Positions 1 through 12,764 of a stretch of DNA of 64,000 nt are shown here, piece by piece; position 1 is the first letter of the stretch; every line of letters begins with the position of its first letter. Origin of the DNA: Podarcis liolepis (lineage: Eukaryota); NCBI GenBank assembly GCA_965112155.1, contig OZ218101.1; one strand, given 5' to 3'. The position numbers and the translations under genes were made by a program. The notes beneath the pieces are model-generated. The model made no database searches, was not told the origin of the DNA, and was given only the letters and a program-made list of their open reading frames with translations.

Positions 1-869
1 GTACGTATGAAACAATCCCTTCCTCTGCATTTCATTCCTGAGGACAGCCATCCATCTTCCCATGCCCAGGGTGGTTTTACTCCGCTGAATTTGGCCCCTG
101 TCAGGATAGCAAACCTTTGCTCAGAGATTTACAGTTGATGGTTACGCAATTAGAGTCATGCAATTAGATCCTTAGGCATTTTTTTTCATAGCTTTTTATG
201 AAACACACCCAGCACAGGCATCCTTGAATCAGTGTGGATAGTTTGTCCAGTTGGTCCCTGCGGTGATGCTGAGAGATATTTAGTACAGAGTTCTCCAGCA
301 ACCAAATCCTCCGCATGGTACTTCAGAAGAAGTTCCCACTATATTTGATTAGCTTTGCAATCTAGTAAATGTGCATAGGATTGCAGCCTAAACATTTTAC
401 CGAGCTCTTACTTTTGTTTTTCCACCCCCACTCCATGTAAGCAGTATTGCAAAGCAAAATCTCAGTTTGTCAATTGACCTTCAGTTGTCTCCCCACAATT
501 TTACACCTGATCACAATTCAGAAGAAATTCCGAGCTCTCTGGATGAGGTAGAACTGCTGGGAGATCATCTCTCAGGCTATTGAATTATCAGTGATTTGAG
601 AGCAAATAAACAGTTCCCTTCATCAGATTTTATTAGCTTGCAAACTTTTCTTGGCTAAAACCAGTAACTATATTGCTGCTGTTGAGATAAAAATACATAT
701 GGATAACACTAGTCAATATTAAATTGTTCTTCACCTGTACATATTATTTAATAATACCCTGTTTTATTTATATGTTGTGCATATTTCCCCTCTCTTTTAT
801 TACTCTATAGATTTCCTTGCTTGAGGCTAACCATTGGAAAGTTCCGGGATATAAAATGTGCAGTTTCTT

Positions 870-940
870 AATACAATACAATACAATACAATACAATACA
901 ATACAATACAATACAATACAATACAATACAATACAATACA
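870..940. repeat. (AATAC)n pentanucleotide microsatellite
   Basis: About 14 perfect AATAC units; explains the CIVLY-repeat ORF 768..983. Confidence 0.97.
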
Positions 941-1066
941 TAATGTTGAGTGGGATCAACATTATGCTGAGTGGGAAAAACATAGTTTTCTGATAATTCT
1001 ATCCCTTTCTTATACCTTTATTTCCATATAAATCCAAACATTGTTTTTTCTTTTCACAAATATAAG

Positions 1067-1108
<42 letters not shown>

Positions 1109-1212
1109 GCCACCCAACTGACTTAGTTTCCCCCAGCCACTCTGGGCAGCTTCCAACAAATTAAAACAAAATACTGTAATACTGTACAACATCCAACATT
1201 AAAAACTTTCTT
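1067..1212 (-). mobile_element. L2 LINE 3' tail fragment with (GTT)n microsatellite tail
   Basis: ccccagccactctgggcagcttccaacaa...catccaacattaaaa is the reverse complement of the 3' end of the L2 at 2527-3450; (GTT)n at 1067-1108. Confidence 0.8.
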
Positions 1213-2526
1213 TAACACCCAAAAGGTGAATCCATAGCATAGTTTCTGTAAAGATAAATATATTCTGAACTGGCTATATCTGTAAACTGAGCACAGAATT
1301 AATTTAATGACAGAAAATTACTGTTTTTAACAAGTTATACAAGGCATGGAAGCATATAATTGGTCTGTACTTGAAATATGCTCTCTTTCAAATAAAAGTA
1401 ATGAAGTTGGGTGAAGATGCTATACATGACAAAGAAGAAAATTGCTCATGTCTTATCTGTTCAATGACTTGTTCTTTACAGGTGGCTGGCTGGGAAACTA
1501 GCAGCTATTATTTTCAATGGTAATAAATCCTAATATTTGAAGAATGCAAGAACAGATGGATTGCCAGATCATTGCTATTTGCCACAGTACAATTAATATT
1601 AATATTAATGATGAGCAATTCAGTCTTTATGCAACTACTCCTATGGCAATTTAATGTTGTTTCATCATTTTATTTTTTAAGTGGATTGTATGTAGGTTTG
1701 AAGCAAAATGCAAACACAATTCACAGATAGCTCTCCATTAACATTTCATTTAAAAAAAAATAAAGTTGGCATCATAAGTATTAATTTCATTAAGTTTGCA
1801 TAGTTCATTAAGTAAATTAGTTATATCTTTTCAAGTTCAAGGATCCAGTTTCTTAAAATTTGGTTATGTAATCAATAATATCCAGTGTCTGTGGTTTACT
1901 ACAATACCTTGTTAATTAATTACAAATATTGAATGTCAAATCAATAAAAATTGTCAGCAATCACATCAGTTGATGCATTTATGTATTTACTTTAAATATA
2001 TGTGTGCTGTTTTCTTCAATATGTGTTCAAAGTGGCTTACAATAACAAAGAGAAACAGATGAAAATAAAATAACAAGATGGAGGAGAATTAAAATGTGAA
2101 ACTATGATTGCTTATTCATTACATTTGACCCCTTTTTTGTTACTTCTGGGTTTTATGAAAACAGATTTACAGATTTACAGCCATTTCAGTATGGAATTTG
2201 TTAATACTCGCAGAAATGTCATTAGCTGCAAAATGGTGTGCATCTGCAATTTCTAGAGTACAAGAATAACTCAGTAAATAATGGAGTGTTACAATAATAA
2301 ATAACATAAATTGTATAAGGGGAGGGGGAGGGGGAAAAGGATCAGTGAAAAATCCTGGTCCCTTTTTACAAATTTAGGAAACAAAAAAATTAAATTACAC
2401 AATTTGCTTCTTTCTTACTGTTGAAGTGATGAGGGAAGTTACAATGTTTTAGGAGGTGGTACAGGGAAATAGCAGTAAATAATGAAATCAAATATTAAAA
2501 ATTATTATGGAATCTTACATTGTGTA

Positions 2527-3383
2527 AGGCGGTGAAGGTCCTGTGTGAGTGTCTGGAGGTGGTTGGAGGATGGATAGCGGCTAACAGATTGAGGTTGAAT
2601 CCTGGCAAGACAGAAGTACTGTTTTGGGGGGACAGAACTCCCTGGTCCTGAATTGGGTAACTCTGCCTTTGAAGGACCAGGTGTGCAGCCTGAGAGTCAT
2701 TTTGGACTCACAGCTGTCCATGGAGGTGCAGGTCAATTCTGTGTCCAGGGCAGCTGTTTACCAGCTCCATCTGGTACGCAGGCTGAGACCCTATCTGCCA
2801 GCAGACTGTCTCACCAGAGTGGTGCATGCTCTGGTGATCTCTCGCTTGGACTACTGCAATGCACTCTGTGGGGCTACCTTTGAAGGTGACCCAGAAACTA
2901 CAACTTATTCAGAATGCGGCAGCTAGACTGGTGACTGGGAGCAGCTGCCGAGACCACATAACACCGGTCTTGAAAGACCTACATTGTCTTCCAGTACGTT
3001 TCTGGGCACAATTCAAAGTGTTGCTGCTGACCTTTAAACGGCCTCGGGCCAGTATACCTGAAGGAGCATCTCCACTCCCCATCTTTCTGCCTGGAAACTG
3101 AGGTCCAGCACCGAGGGCCTTCTGGCGGTTCCCTCACTGTGAGAATCCAAGTTATAGGGAACCAGGCAGAGGACCTTCTCAGTAGTGGCACCCACCCTGT
3201 GGAACACCCTCACATCAGATGTCAAAGAGAACAACAACTACCAGACTTTTAGAAGACATCTGAAGGCAGCCCTGTTTAGGGAAGCTTTTAATGTTTGACA
3301 GACTACTGTATTTTAATATCTTGTTGGAAGCTGCTCAGAGTGGCTGGGGAAACCCAGCCAGATGGGCGGAGTATAAATAATAA

Positions 3384-3426
<43 letters not shown>

Positions 3427-3450
3427 GTAGTAGTAGTAGTAGTAGTAGTA
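2527..3450 (+). mobile_element. 5'-truncated, frameshifted L2-clade LINE (end of RT, C-terminus, 3'UTR)
   Basis: Translates to W..ANRLRLNPGKTEVL, VHALVISRLDYCNAL, KLQLIQNAAARLVTG..DHITPVLKDLH (ORFs 2624..2926, 2859..3101), typical of L2 ORF2; ends in (ATT)n then (AGT)n. Confidence 0.92.
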
Positions 3451-3453
3451 GGA

Positions 3454-3566
3454 TGTGTCCAGTGCTAATCCTCATTGGAGAAGACCTGTTACAATTAATT
3501 GACCTAAATTAGTCATTTTCATTCATTTCAGTAGGTTTCCTTTGAGAAGGATTAGCACTGGACACA
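3454..3566. mobile_element. Short palindromic MITE-like element
   Basis: Perfect 19-bp terminal inverted repeats TGTGTCCAGTGCTAATCCT (3454-3472) / AGGATTAGCACTGGACACA (3548-3566); related sequence near 28480-28585. Confidence 0.7.
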
Positions 3567-5266
3567 ATACATTAGTCCTGTATACATTTGTATTATAAGG
3601 TGTTTTGCATGTCTGATAAATTAATTTTTTAATTAATGTTCTATCAGAGGTGTTTGCAAGTCCCCTGTCATGAAACAATATCATTCAGATGTGATATCAA
3701 CCAGTAGCTATCAACCTAACCCAATCTACACTACAGCATTGTCAATCAGATATCAGACAACTACTGTTCTTCAAATCTTTGAACACACTCCCTGCCAACT
3801 GGGGAAATTTGCTTTGGATCTGCTGGTATGGGAATCCATACCTCTCTTGTATCTATCCTATAGTTTATTATGGGATTCTGCATTTTGATGCATCCCCCCC
3901 CCAAAAAAAAAACCTCAGCTAAGATTTGAATTGAGAAAAAGAATGACCTAGCTATATTTCGAGCTGGTAATGTGTACACAGCCTGAGAGAGCCTGGTCTT
4001 GTGAAACAAGCTGGAAAGCAATAGGGAATGAAAGCTCCTAAAGGCTTCAGTGAGATCAGCGTCTGCAATGACTCATCTTTTGTTTTTATTTCCCATCACT
4101 GGCGTCCTTCTAGTGGAAATTTCTTGACATTCAGGGTGTGATATTAAAAAATGGTTTGAAGTTCTCTTGGGTCCACTCTACCAGCTTTCTAATTTCAGTA
4201 TGCATGAGAATACAAGCAGTTCCTAGGACAAGGCAGATGAAAGAAAGTGGAAAACAAAAAGATTAAAAATCAGATTAATCTGGAAAAGTCAGATCAAAGC
4301 AGTGTTAACAAAATACTTCGACGAAAGAAACTCATCAATTTTAAGCACCTCAAGCAAACTAATTTTAACACGGAGAGGGTGGGATGCAAGCTTTTCTTTT
4401 ATTTGAAAACTGGGATCCTTAGTATAGAAGAAAGCATTTACTGAATTGAGTGAAAACAATAAGGGGAGGGGGAGGACAACAAAACCAACAACATTAATGG
4501 AATTAATGGAGCTACTGTTTGAATATAAAACATTTTTAAAATTACATTCTGAGGAATTCTCAATGCATGCAATCTTACTGCACTGCTACCCTGATCCAAA
4601 TATTTGTTCTAGGCTTGCAGAGAAATCCCCTCCTGTACTAGAGATAGGCTAGCATGCATACATTCCATTACACAGAGAGAAAACCTGAAATTCTGTTAAA
4701 GAGAAGAGGTTTGCTGTAGTCACGTGCCTCTGTTTATCTAATCCAAGATGCTTCTGCAGGCTGTGATGATAGGAATGTTAGTTTCAGGCCATTTTATGCA
4801 TAAACCTGAGATTGCCACTCAAGTCCAAGCAACAAGAGGAGTGTGCTTGTACGATAAGCATGTTTCAGAACTAGCTTACATTTTTATAAATCAGATTATT
4901 TTAAAAAAAGTGTATAGCTAAAGAGAAATAGCCTGGTTCACATGACACGGTAAGCCAAACTATGAGAATCTGGGAACACACAAACATGTGGTTTTCTGGA
5001 AAGGAGCTTACAGATGCTTTGCTCCTCCACAGTCTGGTGTTGTTATTTTTTTACTTCTGTGCCATGCTGAGCTAAGACAAGGTTTGGCTTAATCAGTGGT
5101 CAGTTGTCCAAAAGCAGCTAGAGACCCAAGTTTGGTAAACAGTGCACTACGTCATAGCTGTGATGCCCTTCAGTGCTCCTTAATCATGGCGCCCAGTGTA
5201 GCAGAACTGGTTGCACTACCATAAATTCCCCTCTGTCCTATGCTTACATGTTATACTATCTACATA

Positions 5267-5267
<1 letters not shown>

Positions 5268-5314
<47 letters not shown>

Positions 5315-5428
5315 CCACCCATCTAAGCAGCGTCCAACAAAATGTTAAAAATACAATAAAATATCAGACATTACAAACTTCCCTAAACAGGGCTGCCTTC
5401 AGATGTCTTCTAAAAGTCAGATAGTTGT
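5268..5428 (-). mobile_element. L2 3' end fragment with (TTA)n tail
   Basis: aaacttccctaaacagggctgccttcagatgtcttctaaaagtc is the reverse complement of about 3244-3287 of the L2 copy. Confidence 0.85.
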
Positions 5429-5692
5429 TTAACTATAGAACTTGCTCTCACCGTGATGGCCACCAACTTGGATGGCTGTAAAGCAGGATATCACAAAGTC
5501 ATGAAGAATAAGGCTATCAGTGGCTACTGAGTTCTGCCTCCATGGCTGGAGACAGGAATGCTTCTGTGCTCTTGTGCTTGTGCCTGCTAGCAGGCTTCCC
5601 AAAGGCATTTCATTGACCACTGTGAGACCAGGATCCTGGACTGAATGGGTCATTGTCCTGATCCAGCAGGCTCATCTTATGTTCTTATGTTC
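5429..5692 (+). mobile_element. CR1 LINE 3' end
   Basis: gtgatggccaccaacttggatggc...aaggctatcagtggctact and terminal (TCTTATGT)n repeat, as in squamate CR1 3' ends. Confidence 0.8.
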
Positions 5693-5905
5693 ATACCATA
5701 GAAATTCAGCCATATCCTCTAATTCAGTGGTTCATGGGCAAAAGCAGCTTTTTCCTCCCATAATTCCCATTTCTGGAGAAATACTCTTCTTCCCCAGCCA
5801 ACTAAGAGTAGTGTGGGATAGAAGGGCTTTGCATTAGCTTTTAGAAGGAAGTGAGGCATGAAGTGATGTGTGGATATGTCGCCAGAAAGGGTTAGGATGG
5901 TGTCA

Positions 5906-6227
5906 CTTCAATGAGCAACATTTCACCCCACTCCTTGAATGGGGACCCCCTTGAGGGGCACCCCATCTGATGTAAGTAATAGGGCACTCCCCCCCGTTGG
6001 GTTTACACTCAGACCCACCTCCAGCAGATGGGCCAGAGTGGATTAGAGGTGGCTTCACTCAGTGGCAATTGCCAAACCTTCACATCTATAACCATTAAAA
6101 TTGTGGCCTTAATTTATCCCATAAAAGAATATACTGTTATTTGTCTAGGCTAGGGAACAGGGTGGTCATAAGGAAGACTTGAGATGGTGAAGAGGCACTG
6201 GCCTCTTCAATGAGCAACATTTCACCC
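5906..6227 (+). mobile_element. Unclassified LTR-like or DIRS/Ngaro-like repeat flanked by a 23-bp direct repeat
   Basis: CTTCAATGAGCAACATTTCACCC at 5906-5928 and 6205-6227; interior is colinear with 10435-10640 (tgatgtaagt.atagg, ccagcaga, tgccaaacc, taaa.ttgtggcct). Confidence 0.55.
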
Positions 6228-7365
6228 ACCATCCAATTCTCCAAATGTCAGCACAGGTAATCTTGCTTCTACGCTAAGTATTCCCCCCCCCCTTTTGCTT
6301 TTTTTCCAGGATGCCCATGGAAAGTGATCCATTTTTTGGCTATACTGCACCTGGAGAATTATTGGCTGAGGTGGTATCATATAGAAAGAATTGGCCATGT
6401 CTGTAGGACACAGCATGCTGAAAATTCACAGTAGTGGATCTTTATGGGGAAATGGTTTCCTATACTGGCTCTGTAGATCTGTCAGCCCCAGGGACAAAGA
6501 AGAAACCGTCTCTGAAGCTTAATCAGCTCAAACCCTCATGACTGTGGGACTGGGTGAGTAGGTAGTAAACAGAAAGGACCTTCCTCCATACCTAAATTTC
6601 ATAGGATGATTGCAGGTAAATTCCTGTCCACAATCCAAATCAGTTGACCCACCAATTGAAATTGACACAGGAAAGTCAACAGCTCTCGCCACAGGATTGC
6701 TAGACCTTCCAGTGTTGACCAATGGAAGGAGGACAGAAGTTTGCAGCAGGCACTGAACCATATGTTGCACGCTAACATCTCTGGAATAGGATCTCATAGA
6801 AATAAAAAAGGAAGCATAATGGCCTTTGGGTTTGTGCTGTCGGCTGGCATGGCAGGAACTGAAACACTTAAAATTCAGTCTTATTATAATGGTGAATATG
6901 CATACTCTCTGACATAAAGGAGTGAAGTTTTGCAAACACCAGCAACATCACAGGAAAGATTTAGAAAGGCTGCTCAGTAATGTGAATTTTCAGCAGCACT
7001 ATGCAGCCTTCTTTCTCATCTGAAAGTCATTTCATATCATAGAATCTACACACACACATGAGAGAATGAAATTCCAATGCTTCTCTGCAGCATGCCAGGC
7101 AACGCTTATCAACAATTGTAAATCTAGCATAAAATATATAGTTCAAAAATGTAGGATTAGAAAAAAAGGCTCAACATGTGAAACTTCAAATTGTGTAGTT
7201 AAAATTTGACAGCATTTGACAGCATTTGAGGAACACTAGCGTGGAGACAGAAAGAAAAAAAAATTCTATTAACTCAATATACTTTCACTGAGCTGTTTTG
7301 AAAGTCCAAGTCTCAACATAAAAATATGTATAATTCCTAGTGGAATATTATATATAGCCTAAAGC

Positions 7366-7379
7366 TTTATTTACTTACT

Positions 7380-7422
<43 letters not shown>

Positions 7423-7423
7423 T
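7366..7423. repeat. (TTTA)n microsatellite
   Basis: Direct reading. Confidence 0.95.
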
Positions 7424-7479
7424 CCAAGTGCCATTGGATTCAATGGGACCTGCACCCAGGTAAGCAACCCCCTATCCCC

Positions 7480-7680
7480 CACAGAGCTACAATTTTCAGA
7501 GTGGTTTAAAAGCCAATCACCCTTCACAGGGAATTCTGTGAACTGTGGCTCTTTGAGGGGAACTGGGGTATCCTCGCAAAGCTCAGCACCATTAACAAAC
7601 TACAGCTCCCAGAATTATTTGGGGGAAACCATTACCATTTAAAGCGCTATCATAAATGTTTGGTGTGAATGGGACCCTAG
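7480..7680. mobile_element. Dispersed non-autonomous repeat, same family as 35655-36230
   Basis: Shared blocks gag.t.caatt, cagggaa, ctcagcacc.ttaa..aaactaca.ctcccag. Confidence 0.6.
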
Positions 7681-10199
7681 ATAGCAACAGCAATACAGGG
7701 TCTAACTAACTCTGTGATGAGCCTACCACGTTAGCAAATTATCACTTAGGATTTTACACACTGACCTTCATGCCAGAATAACAATGCTAGGCTGGCAGTG
7801 TAAATCAGGCCTTGATGCCTCTAGGACAATGTGAGCTACGGCTACTACGCTGCTACAAAAAGCAACAATAGACAGAAATGTCACTGCCTGTTGCTCAGAG
7901 CTGTTATGAAGCCCATAAATAATAGTCAAGAATGAGGTATGGTGAATGCAAGATTAGTGCAGGATAGTGGACAAATCACCTACATACCATCCTAAGGGCA
8001 TTAGAGTCATGAGGGAGCCATCTATGTCAGCACAACCCTATTTGTGTGATATATGATAGTAAGCCATTTCAATGTAGTACCAATATATTTCCGAGTGTAT
8101 TCTGTGAAGCAACATTTTGTCACCTGTGATATGCATGACCTATTATTTGGTTTTGTAGAAGATTATGGAAGAAGACGTACATTTTAATTTACTCACAGGT
8201 CTGACTAAATGTTACATGGGCCAGATTACAGATTTTTGCATGACCTTGCAAAGGTTCATTTGTTATTTTAAACTTTTAAACTTTCCTTGTTGTGGTGTTT
8301 TGGCACGTAGGCGGATCATTCCTTCTCTTTCCTAACTCTTTCTTGGGAAAGAGTTTAAGCAGAAATAAAGTTTTAATCTATACTCTATAACAGCAGGTGC
8401 AAAGAAATACACTTTACATACAGCAATTTTTATTATCATTTTTCCTCCTCTGGAATGATGCAGCTAGGAATCTGGGTATGGCCCCTGGATATGGTCTGAA
8501 CGTACACAAGGGGAAGGATGCATTTAGCAGCTAATTCCATCCCATTTCATTTCCACTGTCTCCCTATCATTGGTCTGGGGTATTTTGGGGGAGGTTTTGT
8601 TGGGAGCTTTTGCTATTGTTACTGATATTAACTGATATTAACTTTTTGTATCTTTATTTTTAGGTGGAAATTGTTCGGTTTGGTTATGTAGTTTTTAATG
8701 TGTTTTATTTATTTTTATGACCACTTTGCTATGTTTGTAATTATGTAAATCTTTTCATATTGTAAGCTGCCTTCAGCATTGTTTTAACTGATGATAATGA
8801 TGATGCTGATGGTCTGCTCCATTCCATTCTTGTTCCGTTCCAATCTATATCACTCTATCCCATTGTGTAAACTTATAATGTGAATTACAGGTTTGCTTTT
8901 TTCAATGTATTCATCCATAAAATATATACTTCTATGCAGAATATGTATTTTTGTGTATACTTTTTGGGCAGCAAATATAAAATCAGAGAAGCTGAGAGTT
9001 GTGTTCCACTCTGCAATCAAGTTTGGGAGCATCAGAGTGGGCTGATCCAGTGGGGGGGGGGAGAGTGGGGTGAACAAATTATCTTCCCCTTCCACCCATA
9101 CATGAGATCGTCACCTTGTTGAAGTGAAGAAGGTGTATAAGTGCCTGAACAGGTGACTTCCTGTGAAGCGCATGTGTGCTATTTTGGGTTCTGTAAATGG
9201 AATAAATGCAGGATATAAATTTAAATAAATAAATAGCTAATTCATTTAGATGGTTAGAAATGTTATGCTGCAAATTTTAAATAATGAAACATTGATGCCA
9301 GCTCTTATTATTTGAAACAACTTTAGGATCTGTAGATGCAAGATGAAATTTAAATCTCGGTGCATAACTGTGAAAGATCAGCGCATTCAGTGAACAGTCA
9401 TCCTTTCGAAGGATGTAAGAGGCAGGGATCCTGATAATTTAATAGTTCTGTAGGAGAAGACATTGCAGTTTCTGCAGTTTTTCATACCTCTCCACCTTTT
9501 ATACCTGCTGCTAAAGGTGTAGAAACCCATTCGCCTCAGGGATTCATCCGCACCTTGTCACAGTGTGCTGCTGATACCTGTTTCCTGACACAGCAGATTA
9601 GACACAATATCACACCAGGTACTGTACTGCTCACAGAATTATCACTACTGTGTTGTACCAGGAACTTGACTTGTGCCATGTTCATTTCTCATGCCTTTAA
9701 GGAACTGTTTCTACATGCCCTTGTAAGGCTGCAATGAGGCTCAGCTAATTAACACCATAGAAGAACGTTGGGAGAGTGCTTGGTGATTCACTTTAGATTA
9801 TTGCTATTATTTTTGACAAATAACTCCAGCTGAGAAAGGACCATAGCTAGCTGATGAAATAATGACCTTTCCACAGACTCCAGTGCGATCTTAACCAGCC
9901 GAATTTCAGCTTCCGAGGCACATCACAGACTCAAATGTCAGCTTAAAATTGTAATGAGAACCTGCCATTACAACATTCGTATTCAGGCTCATCACTCAGG
10001 GATCAAAGCATATACACTTTGCTTCTGCCTTGACACATCAATATAACAATACATCAGCATTAGTTGTTTTTGTTTTGTTTTGCTTTTTAAATAAGGTTTC
10101 CGTTTGTTTTGACCAACTCTATTATGAGTGCCTTTCCCAAACCTAACATGCATTTATGCACATATGCAATTTCCACAAACAAAAGCCACTCAAGCTATG

Positions 10200-10660
10200 C
10201 AGGATACTTTCCAGGGACCCTGAGATACTAGGAGAAAGCTCCCCCCAGTGTCTGATGGCTCCATTCCCTCATTGGGAATTTTGGCTCAAGCAGAGGTTTA
10301 GTAGGCATTGTGTAACCTTAGTCTTGGTTGCGGGGGTGTATCCTTGCTTCCCCCTCCTGAAATAGGGTATCCTATTAAAGGGATCTACGATGGAGTTGCT
10401 TGTGTTCATTTGCCCAGATGGGGGCTTGGGTCTCAGTCCTTGAACCCTGTGGAGATCCCCCTGTTTGATGTAAGTCATAGGAATCCCCACTGCTGGGTTG
10501 ACCCTGATGTCATTTCCAGCAGACGGCCCAGAAATAAATGCTTACCGAATGCCTATGCCAAACCACTTCATCTGTTGTCAATAAAGTTGTGGCCTGTTTC
10601 AATCCCATTCAACTATGTGGTCTTGTTTATTTGGTAGCTCATCTGAACGAAGAAGGGCAG
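10200..10660 (+). mobile_element. LTR-like or DIRS/Ngaro-like terminal repeat fragment (boundaries approximate)
   Basis: GC-richer block with AATAAAGTTGTGGCC followed by a GT-rich gtcttgtttatttgg segment; homologous to 5930-6130. Confidence 0.5.
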
Positions 10661-10679
10661 AGGGTGCAACGTGGGGCTG

Positions 10680-11011
10680 CAATACATTCAGTTGCCCACA
10701 TTTCTGCAGCAAATTGTGATTTATTTATTTTATTTTTTTAAATCCTAATGATTTTTTCCCCATTTTTGTATGCAGTTTTGAACAGTGTATATATTTTTTG
10801 CCCGCAATTTCCCTTAATATATGACACATTCTGTATGTTATTTTCACCAGTTTATTCATTTCTTTGCACATTTCTTTGTAATATGTGCATTCAAAATCCA
10901 AATTTCAGATTTCACTGAATGGTTGTGTTTTCATTCTCAAATTGTCTTTGTGCGAATTTGACAGATTCAGCTTTAAAATATGCACTGCCTCAAATTCTTC
11001 CCACACCCCTA
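10680..11011. mobile_element. hAT-type MITE remnant (TAGGGATG-like terminus)
   Basis: ttcagttgcccacatttctgcagcaa...caaattcttcccacaccccta; homologous to 53700-54110 and, inverted, to 44755-44852. Confidence 0.55.
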
Positions 11012-12494
11012 ACACATACCTACCTCCACTTCTCTCCAGCTTCCACTCAGGCAAGCAAGAGGCACCACAGTTCTAAGATACATTCCAGCCAGGCATGACC
11101 ATGAGGACAGTAAGAAGCAGGGTTGGTTAAGGAGAGTTGGCTGGGGAGAGTCCCAAGACTCATATACAGAGACCAAGAGGTCTGTATTGGAGCCCCAGGC
11201 TTGAAGTTCCCTATCACAAGTCGAGAATCCTTATAACTTTTTTATTAAAAAAAACCCCCAAGCCCAATCTTAAGGTTCCCTTGAAACAGGAAAATGTATT
11301 GGGTTTCACAAAAGGAAGACTTCATTCAAAATGAGCTGTACTTAAACATGTGTTCTAAGTTTGGACATTTTCTGCAAATGTGTGTTGAGTTAATTAACTT
11401 GGTGTTCCCGAGAGCAGTAAAATAGATGCTTCACCTGTTTGGTAAGTGATGTCCATGAAATGTCCAGAAAATTATTCCTATGCATTTGGTTCTATTTTCC
11501 AAATCCAGAAATGTCATTACCCTTAGTGTTTATTGCACAGTTGTCTGTAGAGAAGAGATCGCCACACAAGTCTAGCAAAATCACAGCAGCATTCTGGCCA
11601 GCAGGGAAACTGGCAGATGATGGGAAAACGTAGATGTAGAAATAAATATTTTCCTTTCTTTCTTTTTATTTATTTTGCTGTGGAAATAACAGTGGCTTGT
11701 AGAAGGAGACATCTGTTAAACTTGAAAACATCTACCTTCACAGGCACTGAAGTTGTTACCACACAAAGGAAATGCAGCAGATACAAGCCACTTCTAGTCA
11801 CCTGTCATTCGCTCTCTTGAACCAGCTAAAAAAAAAGTAAATCAAGAGCCAAACTAGCAGTTGTCAAGCATGGCTCCTCTTTTTGCTAGACTTGGTTTGT
11901 TTATCTCTCATAATAAGCTAAAACTTGACATTGCACTTCTTTTTGTCTGGTCGGCTTCAGCAACAGCTGACTTGATGCAGCTGACTTTCACAGCAATTGT
12001 CATAGAATGGAAATGAGTCAATGATATAATGGCTAAACTGAGCAACAAGTCTAAGAGCCAGGGGCTTAGAAGTACCACCCATACTGATACAGAACAAGCA
12101 AACTTGTTTGGGGGTGATATTGCTTCACCAGTCCTAGAGAATGTGAGAGACTAATGTCATTTATGTTGATTAGCTTTCTTCCTGGATTTCTTTGAGGTGC
12201 ATTATATTGCTTTTAGGATACAGTCAACGCCCAACCATTGTCTTCAATGCATATATTGGTTTTTCTTTGTCCAACACTTGATCAAGATTCCTTTTTTTAA
12301 GTGGATCATGTGCCCACTGCAGGTATATTCTGTTGGGAATGACACCACACTGGGCTCTGCCATTCAAGCTGCAGTTTCTGAGGGAAACACAAGCTTTCCA
12401 TATCTTTCTGTGATGTTTCCATGTGGCCACTAAGTTCTTAACTGGACACATGCTTTTTGTAATGTTTCTTTAGAACAGTAAATAAATTTGGCCC

Positions 12495-12764
12495 CAGGGG
12501 TGTAGAAAGGGGTGTGCAGTGGATGTGGTCCACCCCGGGTGTCATCACTGAGGGAGTGACAAAATGGCACACAGCGGGGGGCGGCACTTACCACGGGGCC
12601 TGGCCTGCAGCGCACCCAAGCCACGCGTCTCCCCTGGGAGTGATGCAGTGGCTTGGGCGCTGCCTGATATGGCAGTGTGGGGCTTGCGTCTGCCAGACAG
12701 ACTCTGTGGGCAGCTCGCCCCGCCCCCGCCGCTCCGGGCGCTGGAGCAGCTAGCTATGCAGCTG
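12495..12764. mobile_element. GC-rich non-autonomous hAT-like DNA transposon with 8-bp TSD
   Basis: Termini CAGGGGTGTAG / CTATGCAGCTG (degenerate TIR); flanks TTTGGCCC (12487-12494) and CTTGGCCC (12765-12772); internal hairpin. Confidence 0.7.

Noticed and set aside
5960-6060. Possible hammerhead ribozyme (retrozyme) in the direct-repeat-flanked element
   Set aside because: The core reads CTGATGT, not CTGANGA, and no properly placed GAAA or stem II follows
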